From Eledone cirrhosa (lineage: Eukaryota), in NCBI GenBank assembly GCA_964016885.1, contig OZ024742.1, positions 374,356,001 to 374,420,000 of the forward strand: DNA of 64,000 bases, given 5' to 3'. Below the pieces are notes generated by a model. That model was not told the origin of the DNA, ran no database searches, and saw nothing but the letters and a program-made list of their open reading frames with translations. Position 1 is the first letter of the stretch. Every line of letters begins with the position of its first letter. This document shows positions 1-15,000 of this stretch, piece by piece. The position numbers and the translations under genes are program-made.

Positions 1-3000
1 CACTCTCTCTCTTTTACCAGTATTGTCTATCTCTCACTCTCTCTCTTTTACCAGTATTGTCTCTCTCTCACTCTCTCTCTTCTACCAGTATTGTCTCTTT
101 CTCACTCTCTCTCTTACCTGTATTGTCTCTCACTCACTCTCTCTTTTACCAGTATTGTCTCTCTCTCACTCTCTCTTTTACTTGTATTGTCTCTCTCTCA
201 CTCTCTCTTTTACCAGTATTGTCTCTCTCTCTCTTTTACCAGTATTGTCTCTCTCTCACGCTCTATGTTACCAGTATTGTCTATCTCTCACGCTCTTTTA
301 CCAGTATTGTCTCTCTCTCACTCTCTCTTTCACCAGTATTGTCTCTCTCTCACTCTCTCTCTTTTACCAGTATTGTCTATCTCTCACTCTCTTTTACCAG
401 TAATGTCTCTCTCTCACTCTCTCTTTTACCAGTATTGTCTCTCTCTCTCACTCTCTTTCTTTTACCAGTATTGTCTCTCTCTCACTCTTTCTGTTTTATC
501 AGTATTGTCTATCTCTCACTCTCTTTTACCAGTATTGTCTCTCTCTCACTCTCTCTTTTACCAGTATTGTCTCTCTCTCACTCTCTTCTTTACCAGTATT
601 GTCTCTCTCTCACTCCCTATCTTTTACCAGTATTGTCAATCTCTATCTCTCTCCTTTACCAGTATTGTCTCTCTCTCACTCTCTCTCTTTTACCAGTATT
701 GTCTCTCTCTCTCCCTCTCTCTTTTACCAGTATTGTCTCTCTCTCATTCTCTCTTTTACCAGTATTGTCTCTCTCTCACTCTCACCTTTACCAGTATTAT
801 CTCCCAATCACACTCTCCTTTACCAGTATTGTCTCTCTCTCACTCTCTCTTTTACCAGTATTGTCTATCTCTCACTCTCTTATTTACCAGTATTGTCTCT
901 CCCTCACTCTCTCTCTTTTACCAGTATTGTCTCTCTCTCTCACTCTATCTCTTTTACCAGTAATTTCTCTCTCTCACTCTCTCTTTCACCAGTATTGTCT
1001 CTCTCTCACTCTTTTTTTACCAGTATTGTCTCTCACTCACTCTCTCTTTTACCAGTATTGTCTATCTCTCTCTCTCTCTTTTACCAGTATTGTCTCTCTC
1101 TCACTCTCTCTTTTACCAGAATTGTCTCTCTCTCACTCTCTCTTTTACCAGTATTGTCTATCTCTCACTCACTCTTTTCCCACTATTGTCTCTCTCTCAC
1201 TCTCTCTTTTACCAGTATTGTCTCACTCTCACTCTCTCTTTTACCAGTATCGTCTATCTCTCACTGTCTCTTTTACCACTATTATCTCTCTCTCACTCTC
1301 TCTTTTACCAGTATTGTCTCTCTCTCACTCTCTCTCTTTTACTAGTATTGTCTCTCTCTCACTCTCTCTATTTTATCAGTATTGTCTCTCTCTCACTATT
1401 TCTTTTACCAGAATTGTCTCTCTCTCACTCTCTCTTTTACCAGTATTGTCTATCTCTCACTCTCTCTTTTACCTGTATTGTCTCTCTCTCACTCTCTCTT
1501 TTACCAGTATTGTCTATCTCTCACTCTCTCTTTTACCAGTATTGTCTCTCTGTCACTCTCCCTCTTTTACCAGTATTGTCTCTATCCCTCACTCTCTCTC
1601 TTTTACCAGTATTGTCTATCTCTCACTCTCTCTCTTTTACCAGTATTGTCTATCTCTCACTCTCTCTCTTTTACCAGTATTGTCTCTCTCTCACTCTCTC
1701 TCTTCTACCAGTATTGTCTCTTTATCACTCTCTCTCTTACCTGTATTGTCTCTCTCTCACTCTCTCTTTTACCAGTATTGTCTATCTCTCTCTCTCTTTT
1801 TTACCAGTATTGTCTCTCTATCACTCTCTCTTTTACCAGTATTGTCTATCTATCTCTCTCTCTTTTACCAGTATTGTCTATCTCTCACTCTCTCTTTTAC
1901 CTGTATTGTCTCTCTCTCACTCTCTCTTTTACCAGAATTGTCTCTCTCTCACTCTCTCTTTTACCAGTATTGTCTCTCTCTGACTCTCTCTTTTACCTGT
2001 ATTGTCTATCTCTCACTCACTCTTTTCCCACTATTGTCTCTCTCTCACTCTTTCTTTTACCAGTATTGTCTCACTCTCACTCTCTCTTTTACCAGTATCG
2101 TCTATCTCTCACTGTCTCTTTTACCACTATTATCTCTCTCTCACTCTCTCTTTTACCAGTATTGTCTCTCTCTCACTCTCTCTCTTTTACTAGTATTGTC
2201 TCTCTCTCACTCTCTCTACTTTACCAGTATTATCTCTCTCTCACTCTCTCTTTTACCAGAATTGTCTCTCTCTCACTCTCTCTTTTACCAGTATTGTCTA
2301 TCTCTCACTCTCTCTTTTACCAATATTGTCTCTCTCTCACTCTTTCTGTTTTACCAGTATTGTCTATCTCTCACTCTCTCTTTTAGCAGTATTGTCTCTC
2401 TCTCACTCTCTCTTTTACCAGTATCGTCTATGTCTCACTCTCTCTTTTACCACTATTGTCTCTCTCTCACTCTCTCTTTTACCAGTATTGTCTCTCTCTC
2501 ACTCTCTCTCTTTTACCAGTATTGTCTCTCGCTCACTCTCTCTTTCACCAGTATTGTCTCACTCTCACTCTTTCTTTTACCAGTATCGTCTATCTCTCAC
2601 TGACTCTTTTACCACTATTATCTCTGTCTCACTCTCTCTTTTACCAGTATTGTCTCTCTCTCACTATCCCTCTTTTACTAGTATTGTCTCTCTCTCACTC
2701 TCTCTCTTTTCCCAGCATTGTCTCTATCTCACTCTCTCTTTTACCAGTATTATATCTCTCTCAATCTCTCCTTTACCAGTATTTTCTCTCTCTCACTCTC
2801 TCTTTTACCTGTATTGTCTATCTCTCACTCTCGCTTTTACCAGTATTGTCTCTCTCTCACTCTCTCTCTTTTACCAGTATTGTCTATCTCTCACTCTCTC
2901 CTTTACCAGTATTGTCTCTCTGTCACTCTCTCTCTTTTACCAGTATTGTCTCTATCCCTCACTCTCTCTCTTTTACCAGTATTGTCTATCTCTCACTCTC

Positions 3001-6000
3001 TCTCTTTTACCAGTATTGTCTATCTCTCACTCTCTCTCTTTTACCAGTATTGTCTCTCTCTCACTCTCTCTCTTCTACCAGTATTGTCTCTTTCTCACTC
3101 TCTCTCTTACCTGTATTGTCTCTCTCTCACTCTCTCTTTTACCAGTATTGTCTCTCTCTCACTCTCTCTTTTACCAGTATTGTCTCTCTCTCACTCCCTC
3201 CTTTACCAGTATTCTCTCTCTCTCACTCCCTATCTTTTACCAGTATTGTCTATCTCTATCTCTCTCTTTTACCAGTATTGTCTCTCTCTCACTCTCTCTC
3301 TTTTACCACTATTGTCTCTCTCTCTCCCTCTCTCTTTTACCAGTATTGTCTCTCTCTCATTCTCTCTTTTACCAGTATTGTCTCTCTCTCACTCTCACCT
3401 TTACTAGTATTATCTCCCTCTCACACTCTCTTTTACCAGTATTGTGTCTCTCTCACACTCTGTTACCAGTATTGTCTCTCTCTCACTCTCTCTTTCACCA
3501 GTATTGTCTCTCTCTCACTCTCTCTCTTTTACCAGTATTGTCTATTCTCACGCTCTTTTACCAGTATTGTCTCTCTCTCACTCTCTCTCTTTTACCAGTA
3601 TTGTCTCTTTCTCACTCTCTCTTTCACCAGTATTGTCTCTCACTCTCTCTCTTTTACCAGTATTGTCTATCTCTGACGCTCTTTTACCAGTATTGTCTCT
3701 CTCTCACTCTCTCTTTCACCAGTATTGTCTCTCTCTCTCACCCTCTCTTTTTTACCAGTATTGTCTATCTCTCACTCTCTTTTACCAGTAATGTCTCTCT
3801 CTCACTCTCTCTTTCACCAGTATTGTCTCTCTCTCCTACTTTTTCTATTTTACCAGTATTGTCTATCTCTCACTCTCTCATTTACCAGTATTGTCTCTCC
3901 CTCACTCTCTCTCTTTTACCAGTATTGTCTCTCTCTCTCACTCTATCTCTTTTACCAGTAATTTCTCTCTCTCACTCTCTCTTTCACCAGTATTGTCTCT
4001 CTCTCAATCTTTTTTTACCAGTATTGTCTCTCACTCACTCTCTCTTTTACTAGTATTGTCTATCTCTCTCTCTCTCTTTTAACAGTATTGTCTCTCTCTC
4101 ACTCTCTCTTTTACCAGTATTGTCTATCTATCTCTCTCTCTTTTGCCAGTATTGTCTATCTCTCACTCTCTCTTTTACCTGTATTGTCTCTCTCTCACTC
4201 TCTCTTTTACCAGAATTGTCTCTCTCTCACTCTCTCTTTTACCAGCATTGTCTCTCTCTCACTCTCTCTTTTACCAGTATTGTCCCTCTCTCACGCTCTA
4301 TGTTACCAGTATTGTCTATCTCTCACGCTCTTTTACCAGTATTGTCTCTCTCTCACTCTCTCTTTTACCAGTATTGTCTCTCTCTCTCACTCTCTTTCTT
4401 TTACCAGTATTGTCTCTCTCTCACTCTTTCTGTTTTATCAGTATTGTCTATCTCTAACTCTCTTTTACCAGTATTGTCTCTCTCTCACTCTCTCTTTTAC
4501 CAGTATTGTCTCTCTCTCACTCTTTCCTTTACCAGTATTGTCTCTCTCTCACTCCCTATCTTTTACCAGTATTGTCTATCTCTATCTCTCTCTTTTACCA
4601 GTATTGTCTCTCTCTCACTCTCTCTCTTTTACCAGTATTGTCTCTCTCTCTCTCCCTCTCTCTTTTACCAGTATTGTCTCTCTCTCACTCTCTCTTTCAC
4701 CAGTATTGTCTCTCTCTCAGTCTCTCTCTTTTACCAGTATTGTCTATCTCTCACTCTCTTTTACCAGTAATGTCTCTCTCTCACTCTCTCTTTTACCAGT
4801 ATTGTCTCTCTCTAGCACTTTTTCACTTTTACCAATATTGTCTATCTCTCACTCTCTCATTTACCAGTATTGTCTCTCCCTCACTCTCTCTCGTTTAACA
4901 GTATTGTCTCTGTCTCTCACTCTATCTCTTTTACCAGTAATTTCTCTCTCTCACTCTCTCTTTTACCAGTATTGTCTCTCTCTCACTCTTTTTTTACCAG
5001 TATTGTCTCTAACTCACTCTCTCTTTTACCAGTATTGTCTATCTCTCTCTCTCTTTTTTACCAGTATTGTCTCTCTCTCACTCTCTCTTTTACCAGTATT
5101 GTCTATCTATCTCTCTCTCTTTTAGCAGTATTGTCTATCTCTCACTCTCTCTTTTACCTGTATTGTCTCTCTCTCACTCTCTCTTTTACCAGAATTGTCT
5201 CTCTCTCACTCTCTCTTTTACCAGCATTGTCTCTCTCTCACTCTCTCTTTTACCAGTATTGTCTATCTCTCACTCACTCTTTTCCCACTATTGTCTCTCT
5301 CTCACTCTTTCTTTTACCAGTATTGTCTCACTCTCACTCTCTCTTTTACCAGTATCGTCTATCTCTCACTGTCTCTTTAACCACTATTATCTCTCTCTCA
5401 CTCTCTATTTTACCAGTATTGTCTCTCTCTCACTCTCTCTCTTTTACTAGTATTGTCTCTCTCTCACTCTCTCTATTTTACCAGTATTGTCTCTCTCTCA
5501 CTCTCTCTTTTACCAGAATTGTCTCTCTCTCACTCTCTCTTTTACCAGTATTGTCTATCTCTCACTCTCTCTTTTACCAGTATTGTCTCTCTCTCACTCT
5601 CTCTGTTTTACCAGTATTGTCTCTCTCTCACTCTCTCTGTTTTACCAGTATTGTCTCTCTCTCACTCTCTCCTTTACCAGTATTTTCTCTCTCTCACTCT
5701 CTCCTTTACCAGTATTGTCTCTCTCTCACTCTCTCTTTCACCAGTATTGTCTCTCTCTCTCTCTCTCTTTTACCAGTATTGTCTATCTCTCACTCTCTCC
5801 TTTACCAGTATTGTCTCTCTGTCACTCCCTTTCTTTTGCCAGTATTGTCTAGCTCTATCTCTCTCTTTTACCAGTATTGTCTCTCTCTCACTCTCTCTTT
5901 TACAAGTATTGTCTCTCTCTTACTCTCTCTTTTACCAGTATTGTCTCTCTCTCACTCTCTCCTTTACCAGTATTATCTCTCTCTCACTCTCTCCTTTACC

Positions 6001-9000
6001 AATATTGTCTCTCTCTCACTCTCTCTTTTACCTGTATTCTCTATGTCTCACTCTCTCTTTTACCAGTATCGTCTCTCCCTCACTCTCTCTCTTTTACCAG
6101 TATTGTCTCTCTCTCTCACACTCTCTCTTTTACCAGTATTGTCTCCTTCTCACTCTCTCTTTCACCAGTATTGTCTCTCTCTCACTCTCTCTTTTTTACC
6201 AGTATTATCTCTATCCCTCACTCTCTCTCTTTTACCAGTATTGTCTCTCTCTCACTCTCACCTTTACCAGTATTGTCTCTCTCTCACTCTATCTCTTTTA
6301 CCAGTATTATCTCTATCCATCACTCTCTCTATTTTACCAGTATTGTCTCTCTCTCACTCTCTCTTTCACCAGTATTGTCTCTCTCTAGCTCTCTCTCTTT
6401 TACCAGTATTGTCTCACTCTCACTCTCTCTCTTCATCAGTATTGTCTCTCTCTCACTCTCTCTCTTTTACCAGTAGTGTCTCTCTCTCACTCTCTCTCTT
6501 TTACCAGTATTGTATATCTGTCTCTCTCTTTTAACAGTATTGTCTCTCTCTCACTCTCTCTTTCACCAGTATTGTCTCTCTCTCATTTTCTCTTTCACCA
6601 ATATTGTCTCTCTCTCACTCTCTCTCTTTTACCAGTATTGTCTATCTCTCACTCTCTCCTTTACCAGTATTGTCTCTCTCTCACTCTCTCTCTTTTACCA
6701 GTATTGTCTATCTCTCACTCTCTCCTTTGCCAGTATTGTCTCTCTCTCACTCCCTTTCTGTTACCAGTATTGTCTATCTCTCACTCTCTCTCTTTTACCA
6801 GTATTGTCTCTCTCTCACTCTCTCTGTTTTACCAGTATTGTCTCTCCCTCACTCTCTCTTTTACCAGTATTGTCTATCTCTCACTCTCTCTTTTACCACT
6901 ATTGTCTCTCTCTCACTTTCTTTTACCAGTATTGTCTCTCTCTCACTCTCTCTTTTACCAGTATCGTCTATCACTCACTCTCTCTTTTACCACTATTGTC
7001 TCTCTCTGACTCTCTCTTTTACCAGTATTGTCTCTCACTCATTCTCTCTTTTTTACCAGTATTGTCTCTCTCTCACTCTCTCTCTTTTACCAGTATTGTC
7101 TATCTCTCACTCTCTCCTTTACCAGTATTGTCTCTCTCTCACTCTCTCTCTTTTACCAGTATTGTCTCTCTCTCACTCCCTTTCTGTTACCAGTATTGTC
7201 TAGCTCTATCTCTCTCTTTTACCAGTATTGTCTCTCTCTCACTCTCTCCTTTTACCAGTATTGTCTATCTATCTCTCTCTCTTTTACCAGTATTGTCTAT
7301 CTCTCACTCTCTCTTTTACCAGTATTGTCTCTCTCTCACTCTCTCTTTTACCAGTATTGTCTCTCTCTCTCACTCTCTCTTTTACCAGTATTGTCTATCT
7401 CTCACTCTCTATTTTACCAGTATTCTCTATCTCTCACGCTCTCTTTTACCAGTATTGTCTCTCTGTCTCACTCTCTCTTTTACCAGTATTGTCTCTCTCT
7501 CACTCTCCCTTTACCAGTATCGTCTATCTCTCACTCTCTCTTTTATCACTATTGTCTCTCCCTCACTCTCTCTTTTACCAGTATTGTCTCACCCTCACTC
7601 TCTCTTTTTTACCAGTATTGTCTCTCTCTCACCCTCTCTCTCTTTTACCAGTATTGTCTATCTCTCACTCACTCTCTTTTACCAGTATTGTCTCTCTCTC
7701 ACTCTCTCTCTTTTACCAGTATTGTCTCTCTCTCACTCTCTCTTTTACCAGTATTGTCTCTCTCTCACTCTCTCCTTTACCAGTATTATCTCTCTCTCAC
7801 TCTTTCTTTTACCAGTATTGTCTCTCTCTCACTCTCTCTCTTTTACCAGTATTGTCTATCTCTCACTCTCTCCTTTACCAGTATTGTCTCTCTCTCACTC
7901 CCTTTCTGTTACCAGTATTGTCTAGCTCTATCTCTCTCTTTTACCAGTATTGTCTCTCTCTCACTCTCTCCTTTTACCAGTATTGTCTATCTATCTCTCT
8001 CTCTTTTACCAGTATTGTCTATCTCTCACTCTCTCTTTTCCCACTATTGTCTCTCTCTCACTCTCTCTTTTACCAGTATTGTCTCACTCTCACTCTCTCT
8101 TTTACCAGTATCGACTACCTCTCACTGTCTCTTTTACCACTATTATCTCTCTCTCACTCTCTCTTTTACCAGTATTGTCTCTCTCTCACTCTCTCTCTTT
8201 TACTAGTATTGTCTCTCTCTCACTCTCTCTTTAACTAGTATTGTCTCTCTCTGACTCTCTCCTTTACCAGTATTGTCTCTATCCCATTCCCTCTCTTTTA
8301 CCAGTATTGTCTATCTCTATCTCTCTCTTTTACCAGTATTGTCTCTCTCTCACTCTCTCTCTTTTACCAGTATTGTCTCTCTCTCACTCTCTCTTTTACC
8401 AGTAGTGTCTCTCTCTCATTCTCTCTTTTACCAGTATTGTCTCTCTCTCACTCTCTCTCTTCTACCAGTATTTTCTCTCTCTCACTCTCTCCTTTACCAG
8501 TATAGTCTCTCTCTCACGCTCACTCTTTTACCAGTATTGTCTCTATCCCTCACTCTCTCACTTTTACCAGTATTGTCTCTCTCTCACTCTCTCTTTCACC
8601 AGTATTGTCTCTCTCTCACTCTCTCTCTTTTACCAGTATTGTCTATCTCTCACTCTCTCTATTTTACCCGCATTGTCTCTCTCTCACTCTCTCTGTTTTA
8701 CCAGTATAGTATATCTGTCTCTCTCTTTTACCAGTATTTTCTCTCTCTCACTCTCTCTCTTCTACCAGTATTGTCTCTTTCTCACTCTCTCTTTTATCTG
8801 TATTGTCTCTCTCTCACTCTCTCTTTTACCAGTATTGTCTATCTCTCACTCTCTATTTTACCAGTATTCTCTATCTCACACGCTCTCTTTTACCAGTATT
8901 GTCTCTCTCTCTCATTCTCTCTTTTACCAGTATTGTCTCTCTCTCACTCTCCCTTTACCAGTATCGTCTATCTCTCACTCTCTCTTTTTTCACTATTGTC

Positions 9001-12000
9001 TCTCCCTCACTCTCTCTTTTACCAGTATTGTCTCACTCTCACTCTCTCTCTTTTACCAGTATTTTCTATCTCTCACTGTCTATTTTACCAGTATTATCTC
9101 TGTCTCACTCTTTCTTTTACCAGTATTGTCTCTCTCTCACTCTCCCTTTACCAGTATCGTCTATCTCTCACTCTCTCTTTTTTCACTATTGTCTCTCCCT
9201 CACTCTCTCTTTTACCAGTATTGTCTCTCTCTCACTCTCTCTCTCTTTTACTAGTATTGTCTCTCTCTCACGCTCTTTCTTTTACCAGTATTGTCTCTCT
9301 CTCACTCTCTCTCTCCTTTACCAGTATTGTCTCTCTCTCACTCCCTCTCTTTTACCAGTATTGTCTATCTCTATCTCTCTCTTTTACCAGTATTGTCTCT
9401 CTCTCACTCTCTCTCTTTTACCAGTATTGTCTCTCTCTCACTCTCTATTTTACCAGTATTGTCTCTCACTCATTCTCTCTTTTACCATTATTGTCTCTCT
9501 CTCACTCTCTCTTTTACCTGTATTGTCTATCTCTGACTCTCTCTTTTACCAGTATTGTCTCTCTCTCACTCTCTCTCTTTTACCAGTATTGTCTCTATCC
9601 CTCACTCTCTCTCTTTTACCAGTATTGTCTCTCTCTCACTCTTTCTTTCACCAGTATTTTCTCTCTCTCACTCTCTCTCTTTTACCAGTATTTTCTCTCT
9701 CTCACTCTCTCTCTTTTACCAGTATTGTCTATCTCTCACTCTCTCTCTTTTACCAGTATTGTCTATCTCTAACTCTCTCTCTTTTACCAGTATTGTCTCT
9801 CTCTCAATCTCTCTCTTCTACCAGTATTGTCTCTTTCTCACTCTCTCTTTTACCTGTATTGTCTCTCTCTCACTCTCTCTTTTACCTGTATTGTCTCTCT
9901 CTCACTCTCTCTTTTACCAGTATTGTCTCTCTCTCACTCTCTCTTTTACCAGCATTGTCTCTCTCTCACTCTCTATTTTACCAGTATTGTGTATCTCTCA
10001 CGCTCTCTTTTACCAGTATTGTCTCTCTCTCACTCTCTCTTTTACCAGTATTGTCGCTCTCTCACTCTCTCTTTTACCAGTATCGTCTATGTCTCACTCT
10101 CTCTTTTATCACTATTGTCTCTCCCTCACTCTCTCTTTTACCAGTATTGTCTCACTCTCAATCTCTCTCCTTTACCAGTATTGTCTCTCTCTCACCCTCT
10201 CTTTTACCTGTATTGTCTCTCTCTCACTCTCTCTTTTACCAGTATTGTCTCTCTCTCACTCTCTCTTTTACCAGTATTTTCTCTCTCTCACTCTCTCTGT
10301 TTTACCAGTATTTTCTCTCTCTCACTCTCTCTCTTTTACCAGTATTGTCTATCTCTCACTCTCTCTCGTTTACCAGTATTGTCTATCTCTAACTCTCTCT
10401 CTTTTACCAGTATTGTCTCTCTCTCACTCTCCCTCTTTTACCAGTATTTCTCTCTCTCACACTCTCTCTTTTACTAGTATTGTCTATCTCTCACTCTCTC
10501 TTTTACTAGTATTGTCTCTCTCTCACTCTCTCTTTTACCAGTATCGTCTATCTCTTACTCTCTCTTTTACCACTATTGTCTCTCTCTCACACTCTCTTTT
10601 ACCAATATTGTCTCTCGCTCACTCTCTCTTTCACCAGTATTGTCTCTCTCTCACTCTCTCTCTTTTACCAGTATTTTTCTCTCTCACACTCTCTCTTTTA
10701 CTAGTATTGTCTATCTCTCACTCTCTCTTTTAGCAGTATCGTCTAACTCTCACTCTCTTTTACCAGTATTGTATCTCTCTCACTCTATCTTTCAGCAGTA
10801 TTGTCTCTCTCTCACTCTCTTTTACCAGTATTGTCTCTCTCTCACTCTCTCTCTTTTACCAGTATTGTCTCTCTCTCACTCTTTCTCTTTTACCAGTATT
10901 GTCTCTCTCTCACTCTCTCTCTTTTACCAGTATTGTCTCTCTCTCACTCTTTCTCTTTTACCAGTATTGTCTCTCTCTCACTCTCCCTCTTTTACCAGTA
11001 TTTCTCTCTCTCACACTCTCTCTTTTACTAGTATTGTCTATCTCTCACTCTCTCTTTTACTAGTATTGTCTCTCTCTCACTCTCTCTTTTACCAGTATCG
11101 TCTATCTCTTACTCTCTCTTTTACCACTATTGTCTCTCTCTCACACTCTCTTTTACCAATATTGTCTCTCGCTCACTCTCTCTTTCACCAGTATTGTCTC
11201 TCTCTCACTCTCTCTCTTTTACCAGTATTTTTCTCTCTCACACTCTCTCTTTTACTAGTATTGTCTATCTCTCACTCTCTCTTTTACCAGTATTGTCTCT
11301 CTCTCACTCTCTCTTTTACCAGTATCGTCTATCTCTCACTCTCTCTTTTACCACTATTGTCTCTCTCACTCTCTCTCTTTTACCAGTATTGTCTCTCGCT
11401 CACTCTCTCTTTCACCAGTATTGTCTCTCTCTCTCACTCTCTCTCTTTTACCAGTATTGTCTATCTCTCACTCTCTCTTTTACCAGTATTGTCTCTCTCT
11501 CACTCTCTCTTTCACCAGTATTGTCTCTCTCTCACTCTCTTTTACAAGTATTGTCTCTCTCTCACTCTCTCTTTTACCAGTATTGTCTATCTATCTCTCT
11601 CTCTTTTACCATTATTGTCTATCTCTCACTCTTTCTGTTACCTATATTGTCTCTCTCTCACTCTCTCTTTTACCAGTATTGTCTCTCTCTCACTCTCTCT
11701 TTTACCGGTATTGTCTCTCTCTCACTCTCTCTTTTACCAGTATTGTCTCTCTCTCACTCTCTCTTTTACCAGTATTGTCTCACTCTCACTCTCTCTTTTA
11801 CCAGTATCATCTATCTCTCACTGTCTTTTTAAAACTATTACCTCTCTCTCACTCTCTCTTTTACCAGTATTGTCTCTCTCTCACTCTCTCTCTTTTACCA
11901 GTATTGTCTCTCTCTCACTCTTTCTTTTACCAGTATTGTCTCTCTCTCACTCTCTCTTTTACCAGTATTGTCTATCTCTCACTGTCTCTTTTACCAGTAT

Positions 12001-15000
12001 TGTCTCTCTCTCACTTTCTCTTTTACCAGTATTGTCTCTCTCTCACTCTCTCTTTTACCAGTTTGTCTCTCTCTCACTCTTTCTGTTTTACCAGTATTGT
12101 CTATCTCTCACTCTCTCTTTTACCAGTATTGTCTCTCTCTCACTCTCCCTTTTACCAGTATTGTCTCTCTCTCACTCTCTCTCTTTTACCAGTATTGTCT
12201 CTCTCTCACTCCCTATCTTTTACCAGTATTGTCTCTCTCTCACTCTCTCTTTTACCAGTATTGTCTCTCTCTCACTCTCTCTTTTACCAGTATTGTCTCT
12301 CTCTCACTCTCTCCTTTACCAGTATTGTCTCTCTCTCACTCCCTCTCTTTTACCAGTATTGTCTATCTCTATCTCTCTCTTTTACCAGTATTGTCTCTCT
12401 CTCACTCTCTCTCTTTTACCAATATTGTCTCTCTCACACTTTCTCTTTTACCAGTATTGTCTCTCTCTCATTCTCTCTTTTACCATTATTGTCTCTCTCT
12501 CACTCTCTCCTTTACCAGTATTATATCCCTCTCAATCTCTCCTTTACCAGTATTGTCTCTCTCTCACTCTCTGTTTTACCAGTATTGTCTATCTCTTACT
12601 CTCTCTTTTACCAGTATTGTCTCTCTCTCACTCTCTCCTTTACCAGTATTGTCTCTCTCTCACTCTCTCTCTTTTACCAGTATTGTCTCTATCCCTCACT
12701 CTCTCTCTTTTACCAGTATTGTCTCACTCTCACTCTCTCTTTCACCAGTATTGTCTCTCTCTCACTCTCTCTTTCACCAGTATTGTCTCTCTCTCACTCT
12801 CTCTCTTTTACCAGTATTGTCTATCTCTCACTCTCTCTTTTACCATTCTTGTCTCTCTCTCACTCTCTCTTTTACCAGTATTGTCTATCTCTCACTCTCT
12901 CTTTTACCAGTATTGTCTCTCTCTCACTCTCTCTCTTTTACCAGTATTGTCTCTCTCTCAGTCTCTCCTTTACCAGCATTGTCTCTCTGTCACTCTGTGG
13001 CTTTTATCAGTATTGTCTCTCTCTCACTCTCTCTCTTTTACCAGTATTGTCTCTCTCTAACTCTCTATCTTTTACCAGTATTGTCTATCTCTATCTCTCT
13101 CTTTTACCAGTATTGTCTCTCTCTCACTCTCTCTCTTTTACCAGTATTGTCTCTCTCTCACTCTCTCTTTTGCCAGTATTGTCTCTCTCTGACCCTCTCT
13201 TTTACCAGTATTGTCTCTCTCTCACTTTCTCTTTTACCAGTATTGTCTCTCTCTCACTCTCTATGTTAACAGTATTGTCTATCTCTCACGCTCTCTTTTA
13301 CCAGTATTGTCTCTCTCTCACTCTCACTTTTACCAGCATTGTCTCTCTCTCACTCTCTCTTTTACCAGTATTGTATGTCTGTCTCTCTCTTTTACCAGTA
13401 TTGTCTCTCTCTCACTCTCTCTCTTCTACCAGTATTGTCTCTTTCTCACTCTCTGTTTTACCTGTATTGTCTCTCTCTCACTCTCTCTTTTACCAGTATT
13501 GTCTCTCTCTCACTTTCTCTTTTACCAGTATTGTCTCTCTCTCACTCTCTATGTTAACAGTATTGTCTATCTCTCACGCTCTCTTTTACCAGTATTGTCT
13601 CTCTCTCACTCTCACTTTTACCAGCATTGTCTCTCTCTCACTCTCTCTTTTACCAGTATCGTCTATCTCTCACTGTCTCTTTTAACATTATTATCTCTCT
13701 CTCGCACTCTCTTTTACCAGTATTGTCTCTCTCACTCTCTCTCTTTTACTAGTATTGTCTCTCTCTCACTCTCTCTCTTTTAACAGTATTGTCTCTCTCT
13801 CACTCTTTCTTTTACCAGTATTGTCTCTCTCTCACTCTCTCTTTTACCAGTATTGTCTATCTCTCACTCTCTCTTTTACCAGTATTGTCTCTCTCTCACT
13901 CTCTCTTTTACCAGTATTGTCCCTCTCTCACTCTCTCTCTTTTACCAGTATTTTCTCTCTCTCACTCTTTCTGTTTTACCAGTATTGTCTACCTCTCACT
14001 CTCTCTTTTACCAGTATTGTCTCTCTCTCACTCTCTCTTTTACCAGTATTGTCTCTCTCTCACTCTCTCTTTTACCAGTATTGTCTCTCTCTCACTCTCT
14101 CTCTTTTACCAGTATTGTCTCTCTCTCACTCTCTCTTTTACAAGTATTGTCTCTCTCTCACTCTCTCTTTTACCAGTATGTCCTCTCTCTCACTCTCTCC
14201 TTTAACAGTATTGTCTCTCTCTCACTCCCTCTCTTTTACCAGTATTGTCTAACTCTATCTCCCTCTTTTACCAGTATTGTCTCTCTCTCACTCTCTCTTT
14301 TACCAGTATTGTCTATCTCTCACTCTCTCTTTTACCAGTATTGTCTCTGTCTCACTCTCTCTTTTACCAGTATTGTCTCTCTCTCACTCTCTCTCTTTTA
14401 CCAGTATAGTCTCTCTCTCTCACTCTTTCTGTTTTACCAGTATTGTCTCTCTCTCACTCTCTCTTTTACCAGTATTGTCTCTCTCTCACTCTCTCTCTTT
14501 TACCAGTATTGTCTCTCTCTCACTCTCTCTTTTACCAATACTGTCTCTCTCCCACTCTCTCTTTTACCAGTATTGTCTCTCTCTCACTCTCTCCTTTACC
14601 AGTATTGTCTCTCTCTCACTCTCTCTATTTTACCAGTATTGTCTCTCTCTCACTCTCTCTTTTACCAGTATTGTCTCTCTCTCACTCTCTCTTTTACCAG
14701 TATTGTCTCTCTCTCACTCTATCTTTTACCAGTATTGTCTCTCGCTCACTCTCTCTTTCACCAGTATTGTCTCTCTCTCATTCTCTCTCTTTTAACAGTA
14801 TTGTCTATCTCTCACTCTCTTTTACCAGTAGTGTCTCTCTCTCTCACTCTCTCTTTTACCAATATTGTCACTCTCTCACTCTCTCTCTTTTACCAGTATT
14901 GTCTCTCACTCACTCTTTCTGTTTTATCAGTATTGTCTCTCTCTCACTCTCTCTCTTTTACCAGTATTTCTCTCTCTCACACTCTCTCTTTTACTAGTAT